Assembly: GCA_964106645.2 (NCBI GenBank)
Contig: OZ067038.1
Reading direction: 5' to 3' (one strand)
Length of the DNA: 64,000 nucleotides
From: Podarcis pityusensis
Taxonomy: Eukaryota
Shown: positions 11,564-24,563 of the stretch, piece by piece
How positions within the stretch are numbered: position 1 is the first letter of the stretch
How the letters are laid out: each line of letters starts with the position of its first letter
Translations under genes and position numbers: made by a program
Notes under the pieces: model-generated
Seen by the model: the letters and a program-made list of their open reading frames with translations, nothing else
What the model was told of the DNA's origin: nothing
Database searches by the model: none

Positions 11564-14500
11564 AATCCTTTCCAATCACTTTCTCCCAATCCTTTCCAAA
11601 ACACCAGCTCTGGGGTGTGTTCTGCCATATGTGTTGGACCTGCTATAATTTGAGACAAGCCCATAATTACATTAGCAGCCATGATGTGCCACACCTCTTC
11701 AGACAAGCTTGCACGGATAGGTGTGCTGAAGGTCCCCAAGACCAAAAACCTTGTGGTTCCTCAACATCATTCCTGTCTTAAGTTCCCTACACCAGATACA
11801 GACACTACAATTATTGATGAGTGGACAAAGTATCTGATGAGGGAGATGATATATTTATAGATACATTCATATATTTATAAATAACAGCTACTTCTCCTTT
11901 CTGCCCAAAGAGATACATCTGGGAAACATTTGCATCTTCCCCTTCATCCAGTCAGGTTTCAATTACAAAAGCCAGGTCAGCGTGTCCTTCCTGGGCAAGA
12001 TCAGGGACAGTAATTGTCTTTCCATTAGCTGATCTGGAATTTTCTAGTTTCACCTTAACAACTTCAAGGAACCAAACAGCAAGGCTACTAGTAACAAGGC
12101 TGGCAGATGGGCTGGAAGGAGAAGTAGCTTGAAGACATCTAACCCAGCTTTTCCTCACCTGACACATCCATCCCGTCGCCATATCACTCTGTGTCCATTA
12201 TAATTCCAGTGGTAGCCCTTTACTAAATTACCGTTTTCAGTAGGGGCTGTGCCAATTCATCATACCGCGTCCTCCTAGACCTTGCCACACCCTCATGTGC
12301 CTTTCCTCCTCATGCTGCCACTGAAGCCAAGCCAGATGAAAAGTCAACCTGGTAGAAGCAGCAGCAGTTGGTAGCAGCAGCAGCAGCAGCCCCTGGGAAA
12401 GGGGCCAGAAGTGGTAGCTGATCAGCCTGAATATTTTCTGCTGCTGGCACTGCCTTATCCATACTGACTCTTCATCCTAATAGTGGATTACCAGGCGTCC
12501 TGGTAGCTGCTTCTGACCACCTTCTTCCATCCTGAGCTGCTTTTCCTTCTGAGGCAACTCTAACCACTAATTCTAACCACTGGTGGCAGAAGCAGCAGCT
12601 CCCCAAGCTGGCCATGGAGGAGGAAGGTGGTGAGTAGTGGTGCCTGGGCTTCTGGATCCTGTGGGCAGGGGCCCCAGCTGGCAGGCAGAGGAGCTAGCAG
12701 AGTGGGGGGGGGGGCTGCTGATGCCTGTCCTGGCTGTCCCTCTGCATTTCACCTGGACTACCCACCCACCCACCCACTGCCTCTTGCAAGAATAAATAAA
12801 AATGGGCAAAACATTGTAGATTTATTGTTCACCTGCTGTTATAAAAAACTGTAACTGACACAGTAATATAGTTTTCCTTCAAATGTTAGTGTCACTGAGA
12901 ACATTTCATGCTGGCTGGCGCAAAAGGCAGGGGGAAGGAAAGTAATTTGCCTGCATAGGATGGGGCCATAAATGGCATTGTGCAGGATCAGTGATACTTC
13001 ACAGCTCTCTTTTCCCCTGCTGGGTAAGCATTCCTCAGCTGAATAAACTCCCCTCCTCTGTGAGTCCCATGATGACTGACCCCATGGGGAGAGGGGTGGG
13101 CATTAGAATTGCAGGAAGCAGGGCGGGGGGGGGGGGAGGGATGAAGGTGTTTAGTTTTCCTCTTCCTGCAATCGCCCTTGTGTTGCTCAACTGACTAGGA
13201 AACAGCTGAGATTGGTTAAAAGGGCTGGATTGAAGGGGAAAGGGCTCCTTTTGAGGAAGAGTAGGATATAAATTAAGTAAATAATGGTAAAAAACAGCAA
13301 CCCACCACTTTATCTGGAGCCCCTCCCACCTTCCTGCTTCTTGCCTAATCAGTGGGGAGGTTATGTATAATTTGGAGTGGGCCAGAAGCAGCCTGGGGAC
13401 TGCAAATTGCAAAACGCCTGAACATTCTTGGAGATTATGCATATTGGTCAGAAAATGTGCATATTGCCCAGAGAATGTGCAAAATGAAGTTAAGTTACGT
13501 ACAACCCCCCCTAGCCTCTTGGGAATTATGCCTCGCAAATGTACAAAATTCAGTCACTATATTCACTTTCTCCAGGCCTCTTGGGAATTATGTATAGTGA
13601 CCGGGAAAGGAAGGATTATGTGCACATTTTCCATGAGGCCTGGTGAATTGCACAATGGCCAGGTATTATGCACATTAACTGCTCAACTTACACTCTCCTT
13701 AACACATAGATATAATTTAGAAAGTAAAAGCAATTACGCAGTTCTCCTGCCATCTCACTAGAGATGAATAAAAATAGGGTGCTTCCCAAACCCATTTCTA
13801 CCCTTACTCACATAAACATATTCAGCTACAACCAGCAGATATATAAGGCACTTCATGATATTCCTGTAACAGACCATTAAGGGATAATTAAATGCCAGGG
13901 CATTAGAATGGAAAAAAAATCAAAGCAAGGGAAAGCATAAAATACGCCCCCCCCCCAAAAAAAATGTAACCTTCCTTCCATTCCACCTGAGGCATTTTAG
14001 GTACTCATCCATCCACTCACCTACAGTCATCTTTATGACCATTCATATTCCCACAATGACACTGTGGCTTCAGTGGTCCAATAATTTAGTGGCATTTTCT
14101 GCTTTGTTATGTAGTTTGGGAAAGCATTTGAAGAAGTCTTGCATCTCTTTATTCCATAGAGTAAGAAACACATTCAATGGGAAATTTTGGATTGCCAGCT
14201 GTGCCCATGTAAAGCTCTTACTAAACAACCAAAAATCCTTTGTGTTGCAGACATTGGATTATAGTTCTGAAAGACATGGCCTAACATAGTATTAAGATAG
14301 GTAAATGAGAAATGAAAGCTCTTCCTAGCATGTAACACTTGTTAATGACCTGTGCAAAAATACTATGATTGAGATTAGTTGTGATATTTAAAAACTGGAG
14401 TCTGAAATAACCCTGACACATGGCAGAGAAAGCCAAGTGGTACTGGATTTGTTTATTTTATCCCTTCTGAAAATATTTAAGTGCTAATACTTTAGAGGTG

Positions 14501-15263
14501 AACTCTGTTGCCAGTCATGTCCCTTCCCTTTTACTCATCCTGTGCTACTAAACAAACTGATTGGTGTGAGCCTCCCTTGGTTCATTTTCCTCCATAATGG
14601 CTGCAACTTGCAGCTGAGGCCATATGATATTGCAAAATTATTTATGCAATGTTAGTCACTCGCTTTGGATTCCAGCTCAGTTTTTCAAATCAGAGCAAAT
14701 AAGTGAAAGCCCAAAAACTCTACTAGCATCCCACACCAGCACCAAAAATTTCTCTTTTCAGAGCCATGGAAGCTATTAATTGGCTATTTTGCTGATATGA
14801 CAAGCCCCTATGAAATATTCAGCTATTTAACTGAGACAGTAAATGGAATAATCTTGCTGCAGTTGTTGGTTCCCCCCCTGCACCCGCCCTTCTGCTATTT
14901 TTACCTCCATGTTCAAATGCAAAATTAACCACAGCCGTTTCATCACCATAGCTCAGCAAATACATGATTTTAATTATTCTTCTCTCAGTTGGCAGAAGTA
15001 AATCTTTAGTTCAGAGAAACTTGCATTGCATTTCAGAACTGAATCCCCCCCCCCTTCGATATCAACCTAGTAGCTGATGAAACATTCATTTCCTTATGTT
15101 TGCTTTCCAATTTAAAACTATCACTTGCTGGCGACACATTTGCACGTAGTACTTAAAAAACACACACACCAACCCCCAACCCCCATAAGTGAGATGTTCT
15201 GTTAGGAAGTTAAAAGAATGTTTACTGTAATTTATTTGGAAATAGTATAATGTATTATCAGTA

Positions 15264-15731
15264 NNNNNNNNNNNNNNNNNNNNNNNNNNNNNNNNNNNNN
15301 NNNNNNNNNNNNNNNNNNNNNNNNNNNNNNNNNNNNNNNNNNNNNNNNNNNNNNNNNNNNNNNNNNNNNNNNNNNNNNNNNNNNNNNNNNNNNNNNNNNN
15401 NNNNNNNNNNNNNNNNNNNNNNNNNNNNNNNNNNNNNNNNNNNNNNNNNNNNNNNNNNNNNNNNNNNNNNNNNNNNNNNNNNNNNNNNNNNNNNNNNNNN
15501 NNNNNNNNNNNNNNNNNNNNNNNNNNNNNNNNNNNNNNNNNNNNNNNNNNNNNNNNNNNNNNNNNNNNNNNNNNNNNNNNNNNNNNNNNNNNNNNNNNNN
15601 NNNNNNNNNNNNNNNNNNNNNNNNNNNNNNNNNNNNNNNNNNNNNNNNNNNNNNNNNNNNNNNNNNNNNNNNNNNNNNNNNNNNNNNNNNNNNNNNNNNN
15701 NNNNNNNNNNNNNNNNNNNNNNNNNNNNNNN
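15264..15731. other. Assembly gap
   Basis: Run of N. Confidence 1.
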
Positions 15732-18700
15732 GTTACATAACTTTCGGTCTGGGATGTGGCTAGGTGGGGTGGGGAGAAGAATACTTGGGGATGATAAAAG
15801 AAAAAAGGAATCTAAAAAGTTCCACCAGACACCAAACATTTGCTGCTGGGTTTTCCACAAGCATAACAGTTGCAATTTATGTTCTTTTGTAGGGAGCTGA
15901 AAAAGTTGTGCTTTCTTAGCAGCTAATTATAGAGACGCAGGGTATGTCATTTCACCATGCAAACTTGGCTCTGATATAATAGATTGAAAGCTTGCCATGC
16001 TCCTCATTTCCTCGCTCTTTCTAGTATTTTCATCTCTCTCATTTTTCCATGCAGAGTTTCCTGACTAGATATTGACAGAATGCAAAGTATTTTGGCATAT
16101 TTGCTCGAGCGAGTCTGTTAAGTGGCTGGCGAAAGGCAAACGGGAAAGGCCCAGAGTCTTAAGCAAAACCCCAAACATTACAAAACACATCCTGAAAAAC
16201 CAGTGGGATTCTGAATGGGAACGGTTTGCACAGAAGTACATGTTGGTTGATTGTTGTGTCAAGAGTCCTAGAACAGGGAAGGTTAAAAATCTTTCTCTGC
16301 CCCATATTTTTGAAATTAAATTACGTCCATCACATTTGTAAGCTACACCAACTATATTGCAGTTCGTGGGATTTTATGAAAAGGTGTACCTGTATAAATC
16401 TGGCAACACCAAACTAATGTATATCTATTTGGCAGAGCAAAAGTCCAATATAGCAGGAACAAAGCAGAGGAAGCTGGAAATACCTGTATCCAGCTTCATG
16501 CACCCATACACAGGTCTTTCTCCTAGATTTGTGAGTAGATTATACCCTGATTTTGGTAGGGTTTCCCAATAAGCATTTTAAAGTGCAGCCTCTGTAGATC
16601 TCCATAGCTGCTGGCAATTTCACTTAAATATAATTATTGTCAGTTTTATTTGGATTTCTTTACTGTGTAACCCATCCTGGGACCTTTGGGTGACAAATGG
16701 GCAATAATCATCAGTAGTAAATAAAATATTTAATGAGCACTATTTTAATGTTAATCATTTATATATAAACATGCTTTTAAGTATTTATGTGTAGAACATT
16801 AGCATAGTTCTACAGATGAGATTTGTTAAAAATGGGGAAAAGCTGCTATTAAGTCTAGAGTTGGCCTAGAATCGGAACCCATAACTATTAAGCTCAGCAC
16901 TTTGTTCACCGATCCATTCTGGTTCATTGGGGATGTGTAATCATAGGGTGATAGCCCGTGGTGCCTGTTGATGAGTGAAACAGACTTCTTCTCACACAGT
17001 AGGAATTCCCCTTCCTCTCCTATTCCATGCAACTCACCACTCACCCATACAAATCTCTTTAGCAGGGCTGGGACAACCTCTGTAGAAGATTTTGGGGACA
17101 TTGGGGGGGTGGAGGCTGCAACATTCAGTTTTGTAGTGGATTAAAATACTTTCACCAACTAAGGTGCGCCAATTAATGGACAACCAGATATTTATTTAAA
17201 ATCATAAGTAATTTTTAATGCACATACTGTAAGAACTGCAGGTAGCAGATTTGATATTGCAGGAGACTTTCCTACTACTACTCAACACAGAATGGAAGTT
17301 GCTTCTGATATAGTTTCTGTGATGTATGTACCATCTGAAAATATAGAAATTACATCCCCCCACAAAAAAGCAATTGATTTGTTCATCAGAATACATATGT
17401 GGATTTAATTCACTAAAAACTAATCAATTGAAAGCCATATGATTAATCAGCTAAAAGTTCTTTAATCAGGTGACAGCTCTAGTTTCATTGTATTCATATT
17501 CAGCAATCTACTAAGCCTGCTGTATTGGAACTTTTGACTCTGTGCCAATTTTTCTTTGCCAACTCACTGAATTTGTCTAAGCCTTCAGATGTTGCTGCCA
17601 ATCATACAAAAAATATATGCTGCAAAACATAGTTGAAAAAGTACAAGGCCTTTTGTGGCAACCATGAAATATCAAGGTTCGTTTGATGTTGCAGATGTGT
17701 AGAACATGTTGTATTTTTAGCATTCATGGCTGCATACATGTACATACTGGGACTATTTTTCAGATAGAGATCAAATTGTTTCACCATTATGCATATAGAA
17801 CTGGTGCTGTCAGCTGGCAACTTGGAGCAAAAATATGCTTAGTCCTTCTGTAGTTTTGCCTAGTTTTCAGTGGGAATTTCCATGCTGCTAAGACTAGTCC
17901 ATAATAGATGAAATGATATTAATGTCTTATCTCAACTACACAAATCTTAAGGCTGGGCATGGACTCTATTAAGCAAGAGCTCTTCCTATGCTTTCTGTTC
18001 ATATGCAGTCCCTCATTGTGCATGAATATTAACCATTTTCATCTCTTAAATCTCAGAGTGGTGCATTTTGTCTCATTCAGTGCAAATTCAAAGCATGTAA
18101 CGTCTTTCATTGGTGCTCAGATTAAGAATCAGAGTCTGTTTAGTCATTCCAAAATGTTAATGAATTAGAGTTCTTTTTGATTAGATGAAACAGACTTGGT
18201 TGTCTTATTTATCTCTAATACACTATCAAAGATTCAGGAAGCTGTTTTCCTTTGTTTCTTGCTATCCTCCCCCTTCCCAGAACCTCGACTACTTGCCAAA
18301 GTTACAGCTAGCCAAAGAGACAAATAAAATTGCTAAAATTACTGGTGCTTCTGTTGAGTAGAGCTTTTTGAGCAACGTCAGGAGAGGCGAGGCTGTTGTG
18401 TGTGTTTACTTCACATCAAGCTTGTAGTCAAGTTTGAGGCTTGCTTTGTGAAGATTGTCCCGAAGTAGATCCTGATATTTAATTAATATGACATTAAATC
18501 ACATTGAATTGATAAGAGTTGGCATCTCAAAGAAAGGTAATTGCCCGTATTGGTTTTGTACAAAAATAGAGCTGCTTGGAAAATGTGCAGCTAACACAGA
18601 CTGTCAACTCCATTTATAGATCAATACGTGAAAACCGTTGATCAGGCAGGCATGTGTAACAGTAACACTTTGCATTTATTTCTTGTTTTTCTACTGCATT

Positions 18701-19644
18701 AAGGCTTACAGGTTTATCAGCTTCCAAAATATTTTGACTTCTGCGTAAATATGTAATCTGTTTAGTTTTAATTAAAAGAGACTGCAGTCCTTTCAAAATT
18801 GTTTCTAGCTTCATGATCCCCCCCTGCCCCCTCCCCCAGTTATAGCTGCAGGTAATTTTAGTTGAAAATGGATTATTTCCTTCTTGGAAAAGATCATTAG
18901 AACACATTTTTAAAAGAGTATATTTAGTGGAAGGGCTTTTTTTTGAAGATTTGTTTTGCTTTCTACTTTGTTCTTTCCTGGGAGAAATATAGACACTAAC
19001 AAAAACATTTTCTCAAGCAATAATGGGCAAGACACCCATAAGATTCTGTTTTCTAATAAAAAAAAAACCTTGCTGCTTCAGATTGCCTCAAAACTAAAAT
19101 TATTTTACTCCTCATGCCGTCCCTCCCCTGTCATCCCCCCCCCCAAGAGCTTATTTTCTTAGCCTTTATTGAACACAGAGACATTGCACATGACAGTCAG
19201 TGCACTGGATTATATATGGCTTCTCCATCTTGACTTTTACCGTGAGGTGCTATATGACAAAATGGCAGCGTCCAAATGGAAAAAATCTTGGCTGACAGAT
19301 TGAAAGAATAAATTGAAGGGCTCTCATGGTTGGTTCAAGACCAGCATTGAAAAGTATCTGTTCCCAGCCAGTACTTATCTCAACAAATTAACATCTGTGA
19401 CAGTCTGGAGCACAAGCTGAATGTAAATAACCATTTATCAAGTGGTAGCCTACAATGGTGTTATATAACCACTTGCAAAATCAGTCAGGTTTTACATTTT
19501 ACCAGGTGGTAGTGAGAATTTTTAGTACTATTCAGCTGACCATTTTGGGGCCAGATCACACTGCAGTTGACTTCACCTGCTCTGGATGCATTTTTGTTGG
19601 GGGCCATTGACAAGTGTGAATTGGCCCCATGTATGCCAATAATG

Positions 19645-20211
19645 GCATACACTGCAGATGATGACAGCAGTCACGAAATTAAAAGACGCCTGCTTCTTGG
19701 GAGAAAAGCAGTTACAAATCTAGACAGCATCTTAAAAAGCAGAGACATCACCTTGCCGACAAAGGTCCGTATAGTTAAAGCTATGGTTTTCCCAGTAGTG
19801 ATGTATGGAAGTGAGAGCTGGACCATAAAGAAGGCTGATTGCCAAAGAATCAATGCTTTTGAATTATGGTGCTGGAGGGACTCTTGAGAGTCCCATGGAC
19901 TGCAAGAAGATCAAACCTATCCATTCTGAAGGAAATCAGCCCCGAGTGCTCACTGGAAGGACAGATCCTGAAGCTGAGGCTCCAATACTTTGGCCACCTC
20001 ATGAGAAGAGAAGACTCCCTGGAAAAGACCCTAATGTTGGGAAAGATTGAGGGCACAAGGAGAAGGGGACACAGAGGACAAGATGGTTGGACAGTGTTCT
20101 CGAAGCTACCAGCATGCGTTTGACCAAGCTGCGGGAGGCAGTGGAAGACAGGAATGCCTGGCGTGCTCTGGTCTGTGGGGTCACGAAGAGTCGGACACGA
20201 CTAAACAACAA
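19645..20211 (+). mobile_element. BovB (RTE clade) LINE, 5'-truncated 3' fragment
   Basis: Frameshifted ORF end: EIKRRLLLGRKAVTNLDSILKSRDITLPTKVRIVKAMVFPVVMYGSESWTIKKA...LLRVPWTARRSNLSILKEISPECSLEGQILKLRLQYFGHLMRR. 3' end GAGTCGGACACGACTAAACAACAA. 12-bp TSD ATGCCAATAATG at 19633-19644 and 20212-20223. Confidence 0.95.
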
Positions 20212-20231
20212 ATGCCAATAATGTTTTAGAT

Positions 20232-20697
20232 CAGTGGTGGTGGGCAGGGCCCTTTTCAAACTTAAGGCTAGGTAGCCTTCTGATGGCCACATCCCAGTGG
20301 TGGGCAGGGCCAGAGGCTAAAGTGTATGGAGCAAACAAATGTAAATTGCACCCTTGTACAGTAGGCTAGTTTCTACACACCCTGTCTAAACACTCCTTTC
20401 TATACTATATTCAGGAAGCAAAAGTCAAGTACAAATTCCAGCCGGGCAAAAACACTTGGGGTGCAAAGCAGGACCAGTGAGGGGTGTGGCCTGGAGAAAG
20501 TTCTAAGGTTCAGGTAGACAGGCCTAGAAACATAGAATTGTAGAGTTGGAAGGGACTCTGAGGATCATCTAGCCCAGCCCCCTGCAGTGCAGGAATATGC
20601 CGCTGTCCCATATGGGGATTGAACCTGCAACTTTAGCATTATCAGCACTACGCCCTAACCAACTGAGCTATCCTGGAGAGGCACATTTGATCCCCTG
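20232..20697. mobile_element. Degenerate hAT-type non-autonomous element interrupted by a SINE; boundaries approximate
   Basis: ggccacatcccagtggtgggcagggccagagg...ggggtgtggcctgg...aggcct[SINE]ggagaggcacatttgatcccc resembles recalled lizard hAT MITEs. Confidence 0.45.
20529..20673 (-). mobile_element. Short SINE with tRNA-Ile-derived head and CR1 3' tail
   Basis: Reverse complement: GGATAGCTCAGTTGGTTAGGGCGTAGTGCTGATAATGCTAAAGTTGCAGGTTCAATCCCC (A and B boxes, GAT anticodon), followed by ATTCCTGCACTGCAGGGGG...CCCTTCCAACTCTACAATTCTATG, the same tail as the adjacent CR1s. Flanks CCTAGA and CCTGGA. Confidence 0.8.
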
Positions 20698-20700
20698 CAC

Positions 20701-21346
20701 AAATATAGAATGGGGGACACCTGGTTTGTGAAAAGGATATATGGGTCTTATTGGATCACAAGCTTAGCATGAGTCAATGCTTTTATAAGCTGTATTAACA
20801 GAAGTATAATGTCCCAATCAAGAGAAGTAATGGTCTTTCTTTCTTCTGCCTTGTTCAGACCACACCGGGAGTACTGTGTTGAGTTCTCGGCAACACAATT
20901 TAAGAAGGATGTTGACAAGTTGGAAGGTGTAAAGAGGAGGAGGACCCAGATGATCAAGGTTCTGGAAACCAAGCCTTATGAGGAATGGTTGAAGGAGCTG
21001 GATAGGTTTAGCCTGGGAAAGAGGAGACTGAGAGGAGATATGATAGCCATCTTCAGTATCTAAACTGCTATCACATGAGAGATGGGCAGTCTTGTTTTCT
21101 CCTGCTTGGAGGGTAAGACTCAAACCAATGGATTCAAGTTACAGGAAAGGAGATCCTGACTAAGCATCAGGAATACCTTTCTGACAGTAAGAGCTGTTCA
21201 ACAGTGGAACAGACTCCCACAAGAGGTGGTAGACTCTTCCTTGGAGGTTGGATGGCCATCTGCCATATATGATCGAGTTGAGATTTCTGCATTGCAGGGG
21301 GTTGGTCTAGATGGCCTCTGGGATCCCTTCCAGTTCTATAGTTCTA
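20701..21346 (+). mobile_element. CR1 LINE 3' fragment (end of ORF2 plus 3' UTR)
   Basis: SREVMVFLSSALFRPHREYCVEF...[47 protein letters not shown]; ends ccttccagttctatagttcta. Confidence 0.92.
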
Positions 21347-22225
21347 TAAAGCACAGTATTCAGAGTGAGATTTTGACTATTCTCCTATCAGCTAATTATT
21401 CTGAAAAAAGTCTCACCTGGTGGGATGTTTTGAGGGCAACACAGATACAGCTTCATCTGCAAGTCTTACATTTTTGAGATCAACTTCACACAGTGCTGCA
21501 CTATAGGTGTTGAGTAGTTTCTTTGTGCTTGAACTCATGGCAAAATAAACACTGACATAGTACTTCACACATGATCATGTACACTCTCCCCCCCCCCCCC
21601 CCCATGTAAGAAAGCTGACGTAAACTAATCAGTGAGTTTAGGTTTTGTTCAGGAAACCTTGTCTCTAATCCAGATGAAGTTGAGTCCCCACCCCCCCATT
21701 TGCTTTCCATGTTACAGTCCCCTGGTGGGAGCTGCTTTTTTATGTGTTCATTCCTGTCGCATTATGGCTTTAATGCTAAAAGCCACAAACCACAACTGGT
21801 GAGACCCCACTGATGTAGTAGTAGGTATGTGAATTCAGGGGCACAGGATGAACCCATAGAAAAGTGACTTCTACAGCATGATTATAATATGAAACTTTTC
21901 ACTGTAAAGGATGCCCGAGTCAAAATATAAATCAAAGCAATAAGGTGCTAATGAAAATCCAGTTTGGATGGATTTACCTCTAACTTTAGCAGGATTGAGG
22001 TTATAAATATATGGTGTTCTTTAGGTATTTTCCAGCTGCATAAAAATTACTTATTCACGAGCAGTTCTTGTGTGGCTACAAGAGCATTTCAGTAGCCCAG
22101 CCATGTGGGCTGTAGGAATGGTGCTGATTCTATAGAATAAAAAGAACCATATAATCAGACCATGCCCCCATGGTAGGGGGTCATTTAGATATTATCCTGC
22201 CTGTACAGGAGGCAGATATGAATAA

Positions 22226-22700
22226 GTGGCTCCCATACAGCTTGAAGAACATCTAAAGCTGGAATGTGTGCAGAGGAGGGCAACCAAGATAATCAAGGGT
22301 CTGGAAACTAAGCCTTATGAGGAGCGCTTGAAGGAGCTGCATATGTTTAGCCTGGAAAAGAGGAGACTGAGAGGAGATATGATAGCCATCTTCAAGTATA
22401 TTAAGGGCTGTCACATGGAGGAGAGAGCATGATTGTTTTCTCCTGCTCTGGAGAGTAGAACTTGAACCAATGGCTTCAGGTTGCAAGAAAGAAGATCCTG
22501 ACCAAGCATTCGGAAAAACTTTCTGACAGAGGTGTTCAGCAGTGGAACAGACTCCCATGAGAAGTGGTGGCCTCTCCTTCCTTGGAGGTTTTTAAACAGA
22601 GGTTAGATGGCCTTCTGTCATGGATGCTTTAGCTGAGATTCCTGCATTGCAGAGGGTTGGACTAGATGACCCTTGGGTCCCTTCCAACTGTATGATTCTA
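22226..22700 (+). mobile_element. CR1 LINE 3' fragment
   Basis: [51 protein letters not shown]; ends cccttccaactgtatgattcta. Confidence 0.93.
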
Positions 22701-24118
22701 AAGAACATCTACGTATAAGTCAATATGGATGACCATTTTACCACAGGTATGACCTTGATATGGTGAAATTGTCCATGCTACGTGGCACGGAATGCTAAGG
22801 CAAACAGCAGAATGAGTCTCTAAGACTGCTGAGGTGGTATAAAGGACTGTGTCACCTTAGACTACAGCTGAGGGACACCAATTTTGAATATTCCCACATA
22901 AAACAAAATTCTCCCTGCAAACTGAAACTAGCATTATCAGGAAGAAAGGCCCAGCCCATTGCCAGCTGTGCTGGCTTCCTATTTGCAGGGAGTTGTTAAT
23001 ACAGGAAATCATGAAGTGAGGCTACTGCCCATACTGCTGCCATTTTCCATGCATTCTGCTACCACATTCTGCATCATGTGTAAACTTAGGCCTGGTGCCA
23101 AGTAAGAGAAGGCAAAAGAGCTCATCTGGACAGCTGGTTGTTTGCATTCTTACTTTGAAGGGCAGTGGGCTGAATTCTGATTTTGGAGAAGTGGGGTAAG
23201 GGTGATGGGGAAGCTAGTATGAAATCATAGCAATCTGAGCATTTGGTTCAGTTTGATAAGAATCACACTTTGTTGTTCTTTCCCTGGCCAGTAATTTCTT
23301 CCTTTCCTGTTTTTCTAGCAGCGATTATCTTAATACTTAAGACACATAGCTTGATTCATATGCAGAGTTAGACACGTCTAAGCTCATTTCTTTAGGGCTA
23401 GGCATCTTCTGTGTATTTTGCTACGTTTTTTCTAATACTGAGATTCTCCTATTTTATTGATATGCTATATGTTATTGGTAAAATAACTGTGCTCTGTATC
23501 TGTCCCTTTTCCTAGCCTGTTGGAGCAAGTTTCAGGTAACTGGAAGTAAGGATGACAAAGGCATCAAATTAAAATTCCCCTCCATTGTAAATTGCCCCCC
23601 CCCCCCCTATAGTTTTATCCATCTAATTTGCTGGAAAACACTCTAATGGTGTTTCATAGAAGAGAAATCTTCAGTACAATTTTTGAAAGCCAGATTTAAT
23701 TTACTCCAACTCCTTGATAGAAAGGTTAGGCAGTATGATGAAAACTAGATGAAATACTGTGTGAGCTGGGATGGCTGCTCCGTCACCACCATCATTTTTA
23801 TTTTTATTTTATTTTATCAAATAGAATGCATAGATTGGATAAAACGTTTTGAAAATTTCCAGGCTCTCCCCTATCCCCTATGTTCTGACATGTCATGCTG
23901 TGAAAATATTTTAGTCTATTTACCAAGTACAAATTAGTCTTGCCAAAGGTCCTGAAAGTTTACTACTTCTGCTTAGATCCTTGCACTTCAAAGGAGGATG
24001 CAACTCTGCACATTAGTGATCACACTATGTTGCCACAATTTTAAACTTGAACTTAGCTAAATTCGTTTATAATTCACTGCCGATTGAATGCTGCCACAAA
24101 TGTACGAGGGGATACTTT

Positions 24119-24563
24119 NNNNNNNNNNNNNNNNNNNNNNNNNNNNNNNNNNNNNNNNNNNNNNNNNNNNNNNNNNNNNNNNNNNNNNNNNNNNNNNNNN
24201 NNNNNNNNNNNNNNNNNNNNNNNNNNNNNNNNNNNNNNNNNNNNNNNNNNNNNNNNNNNNNNNNNNNNNNNNNNNNNNNNNNNNNNNNNNNNNNNNNNNN
24301 NNNNNNNNNNNNNNNNNNNNNNNNNNNNNNNNNNNNNNNNNNNNNNNNNNNNNNNNNNNNNNNNNNNNNNNNNNNNNNNNNNNNNNNNNNNNNNNNNNNN
24401 NNNNNNNNNNNNNNNNNNNNNNNNNNNNNNNNNNNNNNNNNNNNNNNNNNNNNNNNNNNNNNNNNNNNNNNNNNNNNNNNNNNNNNNNNNNNNNNNNNNN
24501 NNNNNNNNNNNNNNNNNNNNNNNNNNNNNNNNNNNNNNNNNNNNNNNNNNNNNNNNNNNNNNN
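24119..24563. other. Assembly gap
   Basis: Run of N. Confidence 1.

Noticed and set aside
13035-13761. Overlapping 167-aa and 132-aa ORFs
   Set aside because: Low-complexity G/C tracts and repeat-like sequence; no homology or splice-compatible structure recognised.
15250-15900. Long ORFs spanning the N runs (also 24047-24734)
   Set aside because: Artefacts of translating assembly gaps as X.
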